This document shows positions 30,566 through 41,701 of a stretch of 64,000 bases of DNA, in pieces. This DNA comes from an uncultured Actinomycetota bacterium (lineage in GTDB: Bacteria; Actinomycetota; Actinomycetes; Propionibacteriales; Nocardioidaceae), in contig CAWAJE010000001.1 in assembly GCA_963782215.1 (NCBI GenBank), forward strand, positions 3,943-67,942. The letters run 5' to 3'. The notes under the pieces are model-generated. The model saw only the letters and a list, made by a program, of their open reading frames with translations. It made no database searches and had not been told where the DNA came from. Position 1 is the stretch's first letter, and each line of letters starts with the position of its first letter. A program made the translations under genes and the position numbers.

Positions 30566-30892
30566 ATGGCCCAAAAGGTAAACATCGTGCTCGTCGACGA
30601 CATCGACCAGAGCGATGCAGAGGAAACGGTCACGTTCGGGCTCGACGGCAAGGAATACGCCATCGACCTCAACGAGAAGAATGCGCGTGCCCTGCGCGAC
30701 GCGCTCGCCCTCTACATCGGTCACGCCCGCGCGGTCAGCGGCCGCACCAGCCGGCGCACCAGCAGCAAGTCGGCAACCAGCGGCCCGGCTCCCTCCGAGA
30801 TCCGCGCATGGGCGCGGGAAAACGGATTCGACGTTCCCGAGCGTGGGCGCGTCTCCGCGGAGGTCCGCGAGGCGTACGCCGCCGCTCACTGA
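30566..30892 (+). CDS. lsr2: nucleoid-associated xenogeneic silencer Lsr2
   Basis: MAQKV..LVDDID, FGLDG..YAIDL, IRAWARENG, RGR AT-hook. Confidence 0.96.
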   Translation: MAQKVNIVLVDDIDQSDAEETVTFGLDGKEYAIDLNEKNARALRDALALYIGHARAVSGRTSRRTSSKSATSGPAPSEIRAWARENGFDVPERGRVSAEVREAYAAAH

Positions 30893-30910
30893 TCTCCTCA
30901 CCGGTCCAGT

Positions 30911-30951
30911 ACCACCCTCGCGCGGAGCGATCGGCTCCGAGCGGGGGTGGT
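30911..30951. terminator. GC-rich hairpin, probable bidirectional terminator between lsr2 and a convergent small ORF
   Basis: accaccctcgc-g-cggagc pairs with gctccg-a-gcgggggtggt. Confidence 0.6.
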
Positions 30952-30971
30952 GGTGTTCTCGGACCCGTCAC

Positions 30972-31130
30972 TCATCCGCCTGCGCCGAGCCAGTGCGTCG
31001 TGCCGGTGTCATGACTCTCGTGACCGCAGCGTCCGCAGCGGACGAAGTAGCCGCTGTCGTCGTGATCTCCGTAGGAGACCTTCTTCCACTTGTGCCCGGC
31101 GACCGGGCAGATGGTCCAGCGCTTCCACAT
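30972..31130 (-). CDS. 52-aa Cys/His microprotein (putative zinc ribbon)
   Basis: MWKRWTICPVAGHKWKKVSYGDHDDSGYFVRCGRCGHESHDTGTTHWLGAGG; RBS GGAGGTGA; TTGACA at 31204-31199; below the ORF-track size cutoff. Confidence 0.7.
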   Translation of the reverse strand: MWKRWTICPVAGHKWKKVSYGDHDDSGYFVRCGRCGHESHDTGTTHWLGAGG

Positions 31131-31263
31131 GACCCTCACCTCCCTTCGCGAAGCAGTCGGACCGGTCTCACGACCAGATTCCGTCCCGTCCGGACAGGTG
31201 TCAACGGCCTCTCCGTGGCGGGCTGCTCGGGTCGCAGCAGGCGGCGGACCCTAGCCTGAGTCC

Positions 31264-31878
31264 ATGCCCTCCCCCCAGGACCGAACCGTCTTCGACCCGT
31301 CCTCAACTGACGTCAACGCCTACCAGCTGCTGACCGCCCTGGTCGTCCCCCGGCCGATCGCCTGGGTCTCGACGCTCGACGCCGAGGGCCGGGGCAACCT
31401 GGCCCCGCACTCCTTCTTCACCGTCGCGAGCGGTCGGCCGCCGGTGGTGCTGTTCAGCTCACTGGGGCGCAAGGACACCGTGCGCAACATCGAGGCGACC
31501 GGGGAGTTCGTGATCAGCTTCTCCTCCGAGACCCTGCTGGAGCAGATCAACGCGAGCAGCGCGCCGTTCGAGCACGGCGACGACGAGGCGCACCGCCTCG
31601 GCATCGAGATGGAGCCCTCGCACACCGTGGCCCCCGAACGGGTCGCGCTCTCACCCGCCTCGATCGAGTGCCGCCTGGAGCGGATCGTCGAGGTCGGGTC
31701 GGCGCACGTGGTCTTCGGTGCGGTCACCGCGATCACGGTGCGGAACGACGTACTCCTCGACGGGCACCCGTCCATGGAGCACCTGCGCCCGGTCTCGCGA
31801 CTCGGACGCGACGAGTGGGGCCGCCCGCCCGAGGTCTTCCGGCTCACGCGTCCCGATCGTCCCGAGGACGTCCTCTGA
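31264..31878 (+). CDS. flavin reductase family protein (DIM6/NTAB)
   Basis: VVPRPIAWVST, NLAPHSFF, KDTVRNIEATGEFV, IECRL. Confidence 0.9.
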   Translation: MPSPQDRTVFDPSSTDVNAYQLLTALVVPRPIAWVSTLDAEGRGNLAPHSFFTVASGRPPVVLFSSLGRKDTVRNIEATGEFVISFSSETLLEQINASSAPFEHGDDEAHRLGIEMEPSHTVAPERVALSPASIECRLERIVEVGSAHVVFGAVTAITVRNDVLLDGHPSMEHLRPVSRLGRDEWGRPPEVFRLTRPDRPEDVL

Positions 31879-31963
31879 GCGGGTCAGGTTCGGCTCGTTC
31901 GGGGGAGGGAGGATCCCCCGCGCGGGGGTTCACCAACGAGCCCCGATCCGGCAGGTTCGTTCC

Positions 31964-33190
31964 ATGACCCCTGATCTGTTCACCTCCAAGGTCCGCGAGC
32001 TCGCGCGGATCCCGGTTCGATTCTGGCTGGTGGCGGTCGTCTCGGGCCTGCTGCTCTATCTCGGCGGCGCGACCACCGACCTCGCGCTGGTCAACTGGGA
32101 TGAATCGGTGATCTACTTTTTCGCCGCACTCGCGACGTTGGCCGGTCTCCTCCTTGCGCTCGCACCGGTGGTCGCACTGGTCTGGCCGCGTGCCGGGGTG
32201 CTGCTGCTCCTGCCTACCGCAGCACTGGCCGCTTTCGCCGGAGGCGGTTGGCCCTGGGTCCTGTTTCCGGCGCTGGTCGCCGTGGCGGTGAGCTTGGTGT
32301 GGTCGCACCCTCGCCTCGCCTGGCTGCCTGCCGGCCTCGCGTTGGTTCTCGTGGTGGGGGTGATCTTGGGCGCCGGCCGCTTCATGTTGCCCTACCGAGG
32401 ACGTGTTGAGTTCGTCTACAACCGGGACCCGGCCTACCTGACGCTGAGCTCGCTGATGTACGCCGGGGCGGTGGTGCTGGCGATGGCAGCCGCCCACTGG
32501 ATGCGCCTCGCGGCCCGTCGTGCCGGCGACCTCGCGGCGTTGGAGGTTCAGCGCCGCGAGCTGGTCACCGACTCCGCTGCCCTGAGCGAGCGGTCGCGTC
32601 TGGCCCACGACCTGCACGACGTCGTGGCGCACCACGTCTCCCTGATCGCCGTACGGGCAGAGACCGCGCCCTACACCCAGCCGGGAATGGGCACCGAGGC
32701 TCGCGGGGTGCTCTCCGAGATCGCCCACGATGCCCGCCTGGCCCTCGATGAGCTGCGCGGAGTGCTGGGGATCTTGAACCGGGGGGAGGGCGAGACCACC
32801 GACAGGTCACCCCAGCCGGGGCTCGCCGACATGGCGGCGCTGGTGGAGCGCAGCCGCGCGGCTGGCGCTGAGGTGGACTTGCTGGGCACGGCCGACCCGG
32901 CCGTCACTCCCGGTGTCGGGTACGTCGCCTACCGGGTCGTGCAGGAGGCGCTGACGAACGCGCGACGCCATGCCCCTGGGCGTCGCGTCACCGTCACAAT
33001 GGAGTCCACGCGCGGTGGCCTGGTGGTCTCGGTGACCAATCCGACGGCCCCGGAGGCCAACCCGGGGGTGCCCGGTCGTGGCCTGGTCGGGATGCGTGAG
33101 CGCGTCGAGGGACTGGGCGGTCAGCTGGTGATCGACACCGCCGCGGACACCTTCTCGGTCCGGGCAACCATGCCGAGTGCGGGCGGATGA
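31964..33190 (+). CDS. NarX/DesK-type (HisKA_3) membrane sensor histidine kinase
   Basis: About 6 TM, ERSRLAHDLHDVVAH, QEALTNARRHA, GRGLVGMRERV. Confidence 0.9.
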   Translation: MTPDLFTSKVRELARIPVRFWLVAVVSGLLLYLGGATTDLALVNWDESVIYFFAALATLAGLLLALAPVVALVWPRAGVLLLLPTAALAAFAGGGWPWVLFPALVAVAVSLVWSHPRLAWLPAGLALVLVVGVILGAGRFMLPYRGRVEFVYNRDPAYLTLSSLMYAGAVVLAMAAAHWMRLAARRAGDLAALEVQRRELVTDSAALSERSRLAHDLHDVVAHHVSLIAVRAETAPYTQPGMGTEARGVLSEIAHDARLALDELRGVLGILNRGEGETTDRSPQPGLADMAALVERSRAAGAEVDLLGTADPAVTPGVGYVAYRVVQEALTNARRHAPGRRVTVTMESTRGGLVVSVTNPTAPEANPGVPGRGLVGMRERVEGLGGQLVIDTAADTFSVRATMPSAGG

Positions 33191-33686
33191 CCACTCGCGT
33201 GGTGGTGGCCGACGACCAACCGGTCATCTGTGCCGGATTCGCCGCTCTGCTCCAGGCCCAGAATGACCTGGAGGTCCTCGGCACGGCCTCCGACGGAGCC
33301 GAGCTGGTGGACCTGGTCCGACGTACGGCCCCGGACGTCGCGGTCGTGGACGTGCGGATGCCGGTCATGGACGGCATCGAGGCCACCAGGGTGATCACCG
33401 CCGAGTGCGAAACGCGGGTGCTGATCCTGACCACCTTCGACCTGGACCGAACCGACCGCCGGAGCTGCCGTCCCTTGATCTCGACCTGCTCAGCCCCCGC
33501 GAGCGCGACGTGCTCCTCGGTCTGGCGCGCGGCCGCTCCAACGCCGAGATCGCGGGCGAGTTGTTCGTCTCGGTCGAGACGGTGAAGTCCCACGTGGCGG
33601 AGGTGCTGCGCAAGCTGATCCTGCGCGACCGGATCCAGGCGGTCGTGTGGGCCTACGAGCACGGTCTGGTGCGCCCGCGAGGCTGA
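33187..33686 (+). pseudogene. NarL/LuxR response regulator with internal deletion and frameshift
   Basis: REC domain (VADDQ, DVRMP, LTTFDLD) breaks at about 33447; LuxR HTH ([24 protein letters not shown]) continues in another frame; the ASGFLLK segment is missing. Confidence 0.85.
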
Positions 33687-33743
33687 ACCGGGACAACGCC
33701 GCTGGCTCACTCGCGATCAGGCTCCGCCGCCTAGCATTTCGGC

Positions 33744-34484
33744 GTGAGCGCACCCGAGACCGACGACCGGCCGCCGCCGTTCCGTGGCCCGGTGATCATG
33801 GACCAGTTCTGGGACGACCTCGTCTTCCTGCACTGGCGGGTGGCGCCGGAGGCCGTCGCGCCGTTCCTGCCGCCCGGCTGCCGCCCTGACGTGTACGACG
33901 GCACCAGCTGGATCGGGCTGATCGGGTTCGTGATGCGCGATGCCGGCTTCGGCTACGACCACCCGATCCCGTTCTTCGGGGACTTCGCCGAGATCAACGT
34001 GCGGCTCTACTCCACCGACGACGACGGCCGGCGAGGAGTGGTGTTCTCCTCTCTCGAGGCCGAGCGGCTAGCTCTCCTGGCGCTGGCCGGGCTGGTCGGG
34101 GTGCGCTACCGCTGGTCGCGCATCCGGGTGGACCGGGTCCCGGACCGGACCGCCGGCGCCCTCGGCTACCGCAGTCGCCGGCTGGCGCCTCCGGGTCGGG
34201 GTGCGGCCACGTCCTTCGCCGTACGTCCCGGCACCGTCGAGGTCCACGACCCGCTCAGCGTCTTCCTGACCGCACGCTGGGGGATGCACCACCGCCTGGG
34301 CCGCCGGCCGATGTGGGTGCCCAACACCCACACCCCCTGGCCGCTGCGCGCCGCCGAGCTGTTGCACTGCGACGACGACCTGGTCGGGGCCGCAGGATTC
34401 CCGGGCGTGACGCAGCGTCCACCCCACTCGGTGCTGTGGTCGCCCGGCGTACGCACCCAGTTCGGGCGGCCCGAGCTGTTCTGA
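33744..34484 (+). CDS. YqjF/DUF2071 family protein
   Basis: MDQFWDDLVFLHW, EINVRLY, GVVFSSL, FLTARW, HTPWPL. Confidence 0.88.
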   Translation: MSAPETDDRPPPFRGPVIMDQFWDDLVFLHWRVAPEAVAPFLPPGCRPDVYDGTSWIGLIGFVMRDAGFGYDHPIPFFGDFAEINVRLYSTDDDGRRGVVFSSLEAERLALLALAGLVGVRYRWSRIRVDRVPDRTAGALGYRSRRLAPPGRGAATSFAVRPGTVEVHDPLSVFLTARWGMHHRLGRRPMWVPNTHTPWPLRAAELLHCDDDLVGAAGFPGVTQRPPHSVLWSPGVRTQFGRPELF

Positions 34485-34535
34485 GGGGTCCAGGCCGGCG
34501 GTGGGCTGTTCCAGGAGGGCGTTGCCACCGGCACT

Positions 34536-34551
34536 GTTCGCTGAGAGCGAA
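34536..34551 (+). promoter_or_regulatory. ClgR-type activator site upstream of clpC
   Basis: GTTCGC-TGAGA-GCGAA matches the actinobacterial ClgR motif GTTCGC-N5-GCG. Confidence 0.7.
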
Positions 34552-34565
34552 GTCCCGATCTGGGC

Positions 34566-34592
34566 GGAACACGTAGGCTGTCATCAGGGTTG
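34566..34592 (+). promoter_or_regulatory. SigR/SigH-type ECF promoter of clpC
   Basis: GGAAC-N18-GTTG; clpC is a classic SigR/SigH target. Confidence 0.65.
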
Positions 34593-34646
34593 TACCGGCT
34601 GTGCGGGACGCATCTGCCGACCCCGCGAGAGTTCGAGGAGTAGCCC

Positions 34647-37181
<2,535 letters not shown>

Positions 37182-37196
37182 CCTCCGCACCTCAAC

Positions 37197-37272
37197 CGCC
37201 GAGACGTCGCAAACGAACGTTCGTTTGCGACGTCTCGGCGTTGTGGCGGCGTTCGTTTGCGACGTCTCGGCG
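37197..37272. repeat. perfect 44-bp palindrome plus a direct copy of its right arm (REP-like element / terminator)
   Basis: cgccgagacgtcgcaaacgaac|gttcgtttgcgacgtctcggcg (37197-37240), then gttcgtttgcgacgtctcggcg again at 37251-37272. Confidence 0.9.
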
Positions 37273-37277
37273 GGGGG

Positions 37278-38235
37278 TCAGGTGGGCAGGGCGAACCAGT
37301 TCTGGATCGCCGAGTCCGGCCCGTCAGGTCCGTCCGGCCCGTCCGGCCCGTTCGGTCCGTTCGGTCCGTCAGATCCGGCTGCTGCGTCCGGTCCGGCGGG
37401 GACCTCGATCACGAGGCCGTCGGCGAGCAGGCTGGCCAGCGCCCGCTCGCGCTGGGGTACGTCGGACCAGGCGGCGTCGAGCCGGGCGCGGTCGACCGGG
37501 CCGTCCTGGTCGCGGAGCACAGCCATCAGCCGGCCTCTGGCCTGACGATCCGTGCCCGCCCAGGACTGGGTCCGCCTCGGCGGCCCGTCGTAGCGCCGGC
37601 CGGCCGGCTGTGTTCCACGCGCACAGGTCACTGACCGGGCAGGCGTCGCAGCGCGGTGAGCTCGCCGTGCAGACCAGGGCGCCGAGCTCCATCACGGCCA
37701 CCGCCCAGGTCGCCGCTGACTCCTCGGGCAGCAACGACTCGGCCACGTCGCGCTCCGCGCGGGTGACCGAGGCCGCCGGGAACTGGGTGCCACCGACCGT
37801 GCGCGCGAGGACCCGGCGCACGTTGGTGTCGAGCACGGTGTGGCGCGCACCGAAGGCGAAGGACGCGATCGCGCTCGCGGTGTAGTCGCCGACGCCCGGC
37901 AGCGCGATCAGGTCTGCGTAGGACCCGGGCACCTCGCCGTCGTGGTGGTCCATGATCGCCGTCGCAGCAGCGTGCAGCCGCAGGGCCCGGCGCGGGTAGC
38001 CCAGCCGACCCCACGCGCGCACCGCCTCGCCACTGGGCGCCGCGGCCAGCGCGCCGGGCGAGGGCCAGCGCTCCAGCCACACCTCGAAGACGGGCAGCAC
38101 CCGCGCCACAGGGGTCTGCTGGAGCATGAACTCCGAGACCATCACCGCCCAGGGCGTCGCCTCGGGGCCGCGCCAGGGCAGCTCGCGGGCGTGGTCGGCG
38201 TACCACTCGAGGACGGGCCGGTGCAGTGGGTGCAT
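37278..38235 (-). pseudogene. mutY: A/G-specific adenine glycosylase MutY with a +1 frameshift near 37593 (real or assembly error)
   Basis: RELPWR, VSEFMLQQT, LGYPRRA, LPGVGDYTA, LDTNVRRV, Fe-S CTASSPRCDACPVSDLC; C-terminal YDGPPRRTQSWAGTDRQARG is in another frame; span 958 nt = 3n+1. Confidence 0.88.
37321..37374. repeat. 6 x 9-bp tandem repeat encoding GPD/GPN in the MutY C-tail
   Basis: ccgtcaggt ccgtccggc ccgtccggc ccgttcggt ccgttcggt ccgtcagat. Confidence 0.85.
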
Positions 38236-38343
38236 GATCGCGGCCAAGGCTGCCTGCCCGCCGTGACGCGTGCAACTCCGCCTGTCCCCACCCCCTCGGC
38301 GTTGCACCCCGATCAGAGCGGCGATGCTGGCTACGGTGCCGTC

Positions 38344-39141
38344 ATGGGCACTGTCAGGACTCCTCGGCGGCGGCTGCCCGCACGCGTCTACTGGGTACGC
38401 CGTGGCCTGGTGGCCGTGCTCGCGCTGCTGCTCGTCGTGGGCATCACCAAGCTGATCGGCACCGGCTCCGACACCCCGGCCGCCGTCGACAAGGCTGCTC
38501 CGGCCGCGGTCACGAAGGTCACCACGAGTGCCGCCGCGCCCGCCGGCCCGGTCGCGCCGAACAAGAAGCTGCTCCGCCAGCGGGCCAAGCAGGTCCCGGC
38601 ACTGCCCGCCCCGGACGGGGTCTGCCTGGACGACGAGATCACCGTGCTGCCCTCGGTGCCCAAAGCCGCCGCAGGTGGGGAGATCGAGATCCAACTGCAG
38701 CTGTTCGGCACCCGGCCGGCCTGCACCTTCACCGTCGCCCCGGACACGCTGGTGGTGAAGGTCAGCTCGGGTCGCGACCGGATCTGGTCGAGCCAGGACT
38801 GCCAGAAGTCGATCACCAAGGGCTCGGTGACGGTCTACAGCGGGACTCCCGCGACGGTGCCGGTGACCTGGAACGGTCGGCGCTCCGAACCAGGCTGCGG
38901 GACCGGCACCTCCTGGGCGATGCCCGGCTGGTACCACGTGACCGCGGCGGCCCAGGGCTCCACGCCCACCGACGTGCAGTTCGAGGTCACCCTGCCCGAC
39001 CACCCGGTGGTCACCAAGACGATCAAGCCGAAGACCAAGAAGAACAGGTCCGCCTCGAGCGGGTCGGACACGTCTGCTCCGGCCGAGCCTCAGTCGAGCC
39101 CCTCGGCGGGGCCCAGCGCGAAGAAGTCCGCCAAGCCCTGA
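38344..39141 (+). CDS. conserved actinobacterial membrane-anchored protein (Rv3587c-like)
   Basis: LPARVYWVRR + TM, Cys-containing extracellular domain (RIWSSQDC, VTWNGRRS); beside disA. Confidence 0.75.
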   Translation: MGTVRTPRRRLPARVYWVRRGLVAVLALLLVVGITKLIGTGSDTPAAVDKAAPAAVTKVTTSAAAPAGPVAPNKKLLRQRAKQVPALPAPDGVCLDDEITVLPSVPKAAAGGEIEIQLQLFGTRPACTFTVAPDTLVVKVSSGRDRIWSSQDCQKSITKGSVTVYSGTPATVPVTWNGRRSEPGCGTGTSWAMPGWYHVTAAAQGSTPTDVQFEVTLPDHPVVTKTIKPKTKKNRSASSGSDTSAPAEPQSSPSAGPSAKKSAKP

Positions 39142-39174
39142 GTGTGAAGCCCTGAGCGTCAAGCCCCGAGCATC
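39133..39174. repeat. 3 x 14-bp tandem repeat beginning at a stop codon
   Basis: aagccctgagtgtg aagccctgagcgtc aagccccgagcatc. Confidence 0.75.
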
Positions 39175-39187
39175 GGGCCAAGGGACC

Positions 39188-40273
39188 TCAGACGTAGCGC
39201 TCGAGGATGCTGGACTCCGCCAGCCGGGAGAGACCCTCCCGCACGCTGCGGGCACGCAGCTCGCCCACGCCCTCCACGGCCTGCAGGTCCTCGACCCCGG
39301 CGGAGAGCAGCTTCTGCAGGGTCTCGAAGTGCTCCACCAGCCGGTCGACCACGAGTGAGGGCAGCCGCGGGACCTTGGCCAGCAGCCGGTAGCCGCGGGG
39401 GCTGACGGCGCCGTCGAGGTGCTCGCCCTGGCCCAGGCCCAGCGCCCGGGCGACGCAGGAGATGTCCACGAGGTCGGCGGGCGAGAGGCCCTCCAGCTCG
39501 GAGAGCACGTCCTCGGGGGCGCGTGAACGCCTGCCGCCGGGCTGGTAGTCGCGCACCACGAGCTCACGCTCGATCTCGACGCCGGTGACCAGCTCCTCGA
39601 GCTGGAGCGAGAGCAGCCGACCGTCGCTGCCGAGCTCGTTGACGTAGTCGTCGATCTCGCGGGCGATCCGGCTCACCATCTCCAGACGCTGGGAGACGAC
39701 AGCGACGTCACGCACGGTGACGAGGTCCTCGATCTCCAGGGCCGAGAGGGTGCTGGAGACCTCGTCGAGACGCACCTTGTAGCGCTCCAGGGTGGCCAGC
39801 GCCTGGTTGGCGCGCGCCAGGATGCTGCCGGAGTCCTCCAGGACGTAGCGGATGTGGCCGACGTAGATGGCGATGATCTGCATCGACTGCGACACCGAGA
39901 TCACCGGGGCGCCGGTCTGCTTGGCGACCCGGTCGGCGGTGCGGTGCCGGGTGCCGGTCTCCTCTGAGGGGATGGTGTGGTCGGGCATCAGGTGCACGTT
40001 GGCCCGGTGGATCCGGCTGATGTCGGCGTCGAGGATCAGCGCGCCGTCCATCTTGGCCAGCTCACGCAGCGCGGTAGCGGTGAACGGGACGTCGAGGGTG
40101 AAGCCACCGGTGACGATCTCATCGACCTGTGCGTCCTTGCCCAGCACGATCAGCGCACCCGTGCGGCCGCGCAGGATCCGCTCCAGACCGTCCCGCAAGG
40201 ACGTGCCGGGGGCGATGTTGGCCAGCGTCGAGCGCAAGCGCGCCGCGTCGTCCGTACCTTCGATGGCTGCCAC
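39188..40273 (-). CDS. disA: DNA integrity scanning diadenylate cyclase DisA
   Basis: APGTSLRDGL, KMDGA, GTRHRTA, C-terminal HhH VEGVGELRAR. Confidence 0.96.
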   Translation of the reverse strand: MAAIEGTDDAARLRSTLANIAPGTSLRDGLERILRGRTGALIVLGKDAQVDEIVTGGFTLDVPFTATALRELAKMDGALILDADISRIHRANVHLMPDHTIPSEETGTRHRTADRVAKQTGAPVISVSQSMQIIAIYVGHIRYVLEDSGSILARANQALATLERYKVRLDEVSSTLSALEIEDLVTVRDVAVVSQRLEMVSRIAREIDDYVNELGSDGRLLSLQLEELVTGVEIERELVVRDYQPGGRRSRAPEDVLSELEGLSPADLVDISCVARALGLGQGEHLDGAVSPRGYRLLAKVPRLPSLVVDRLVEHFETLQKLLSAGVEDLQAVEGVGELRARSVREGLSRLAESSILERYV

Positions 40274-40282
40274 CCGCGGAGT

Positions 40283-41701
40283 CTATGACAGCCCTGCGTA
40301 GGCGCCGTCCCCGATCTTGATGTCGACCAGGTCCAGGGCCCGGCGGATGTTGTCCACGTCGACCACCCGGAGGCCGTCCAGCACCCGGCTGGACCCGGCG
40401 CTGGTGCGGGTCTCGGCCGGCACCATCGCCGACCTGAAGCCCATCCGGCCGGCCTCGGCCAGCCGCACGCCGACGTCGCGCACGCGGCGCAGCTCCCCGG
40501 ACAGGCCCAGCTCGCCGATCGCGACGGCGGTCCGCCCCACCGGGATGCCCTTCCAGGCGGAGACGATCGCCAGGGCGATCGCGAGGTCGTTGCTGGGCTC
40601 GGTCAGCCGGGCACCGCCGACACTGGAGACGAAGACGTCGTGGGCGTGCAGCCGCACCCCGGCGTGCTGTTGCAGGATCGCCAGGATCATCGCCACCCGG
40701 GAGGGGTCGACCCCGGAGGTGGTGCGGCGCGGCCGCTCAGAGGGGGTGTGGGTGACCAGTGCCTGGACCTCGCTGAGCAGGGGGCGTCGGCCCTCCATCG
40801 TCACCGCGACGCAGGTGCCCGGGACCGGGCCGTGGCCGGGGTCGAGGAACAGGCCGGTCGGGTCGGTGATCGCCACGATGCCGTCGGAGGACAGGTCGAA
40901 GCAGCCGACCTCGTCGACCGGGCCGTAGCGGTTCTTCACCGCGCGCAGCAGGCGCAGGCGGCTGGTGCGCTCACCTTCGAAGTGCGCCACGACGTCCACC
41001 AGGTGCTCCAGGACCCGCGGACCGGCGATCGTGCCGTCCTTGGTGACGTGACCGATCAGGACGAGGGTGATGTTGCGCAGCTTGGCCATCCGGATCAGTG
41101 CCGCCGAGACCTCCTTGACCTGGGTCACCCCACCCGGCACGCCGTCGACGTCGCTCGCGCTGATCGTCTGCACCGAGTCGACCACGAGCAGCGTGGGCTT
41201 GACCGCCTCGGTGTGGCCGAGCACGGCGCCGAGGTCGGTCTCGGCCGCGAGGAACAGCTCCTGCTCGATCGCTCCGGTGCGGTCGGCACGCATCCGCACC
41301 TGGGCGGCCGACTCCTCGCCGGTCACGTAGAGCACACGTCGGCCCTGCCGTGCGGTCTGGGCGGCCACCTCGAGCAGCAGCGTGGACTTGCCCACCCCGG
41401 GCTCGCCCGCGAGCAGGATCGCGGCACCGGGGACCAGCCCGCCGCCCAGCACCCGGTCGAGCTCGGGCACCCCGCTGGTGCGGGAGTGGGAGTCCTCGAT
41501 GGCGACCTCGCCGATCCGCAGCGCCGGGGTCGTCACCGGCCCGGCCTGCACCCGGCTCTTCGGTGCGGACTTCTCCACGACCGTGCCCCAGGCCTGGCAC
41601 TCACCGCAGCGCCCCACCCACTTCGGGGCCTCCCAGCCGCACTCGTTGCAGAGGTAGCCGGGGCGGGCGGGCTTCGCGGCGGACCTGGTGTTCTGTGCCA
41701 T
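40283..41701 (-). CDS. radA: DNA repair protein RadA/Sms
   Basis: CNECG..CGEC zinc finger, GEPGVGKST, KNRYG, Lon-like C-terminus; ATG 41701 with TAACGT -10. Confidence 0.96.
   Translation of the reverse strand: MAQNTRSAAKPARPGYLCNECGWEAPKWVGRCGECQAWGTVVEKSAPKSRVQAGPVTTPALRIGEVAIEDSHSRTSGVPELDRVLGGGLVPGAAILLAGEPGVGKSTLLLEVAAQTARQGRRVLYVTGEESAAQVRMRADRTGAIEQELFLAAETDLGAVLGHTEAVKPTLLVVDSVQTISASDVDGVPGGVTQVKEVSAALIRMAKLRNITLVLIGHVTKDGTIAGPRVLEHLVDVVAHFEGERTSRLRLLRAVKNRYGPVDEVGCFDLSSDGIVAITDPTGLFLDPGHGPVPGTCVAVTMEGRRPLLSEVQALVTHTPSERPRRTTSGVDPSRVAMILAILQQHAGVRLHAHDVFVSSVGGARLTEPSNDLAIALAIVSAWKGIPVGRTAVAIGELGLSGELRRVRDVGVRLAEAGRMGFRSAMVPAETRTSAGSSRVLDGLRVVDVDNIRRALDLVDIKIGDGAYAGLS

Noticed and set aside
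31892-31942. Nested inverted repeat before the sensor kinase as a structured RNA
   Set aside because: Could equally be a terminator or a regulator site; G/C runs pair easily by chance
37197-37272. Possible CRISPR or mini-array
   Set aside because: Only three arms, one inverted, no unique spacers, no cas genes
37369-39567. 732-aa ORF as a large MutY fusion
   Set aside because: The upstream part overlaps disA out of frame and is antisense to the 38344 gene; MutY starts at 38235
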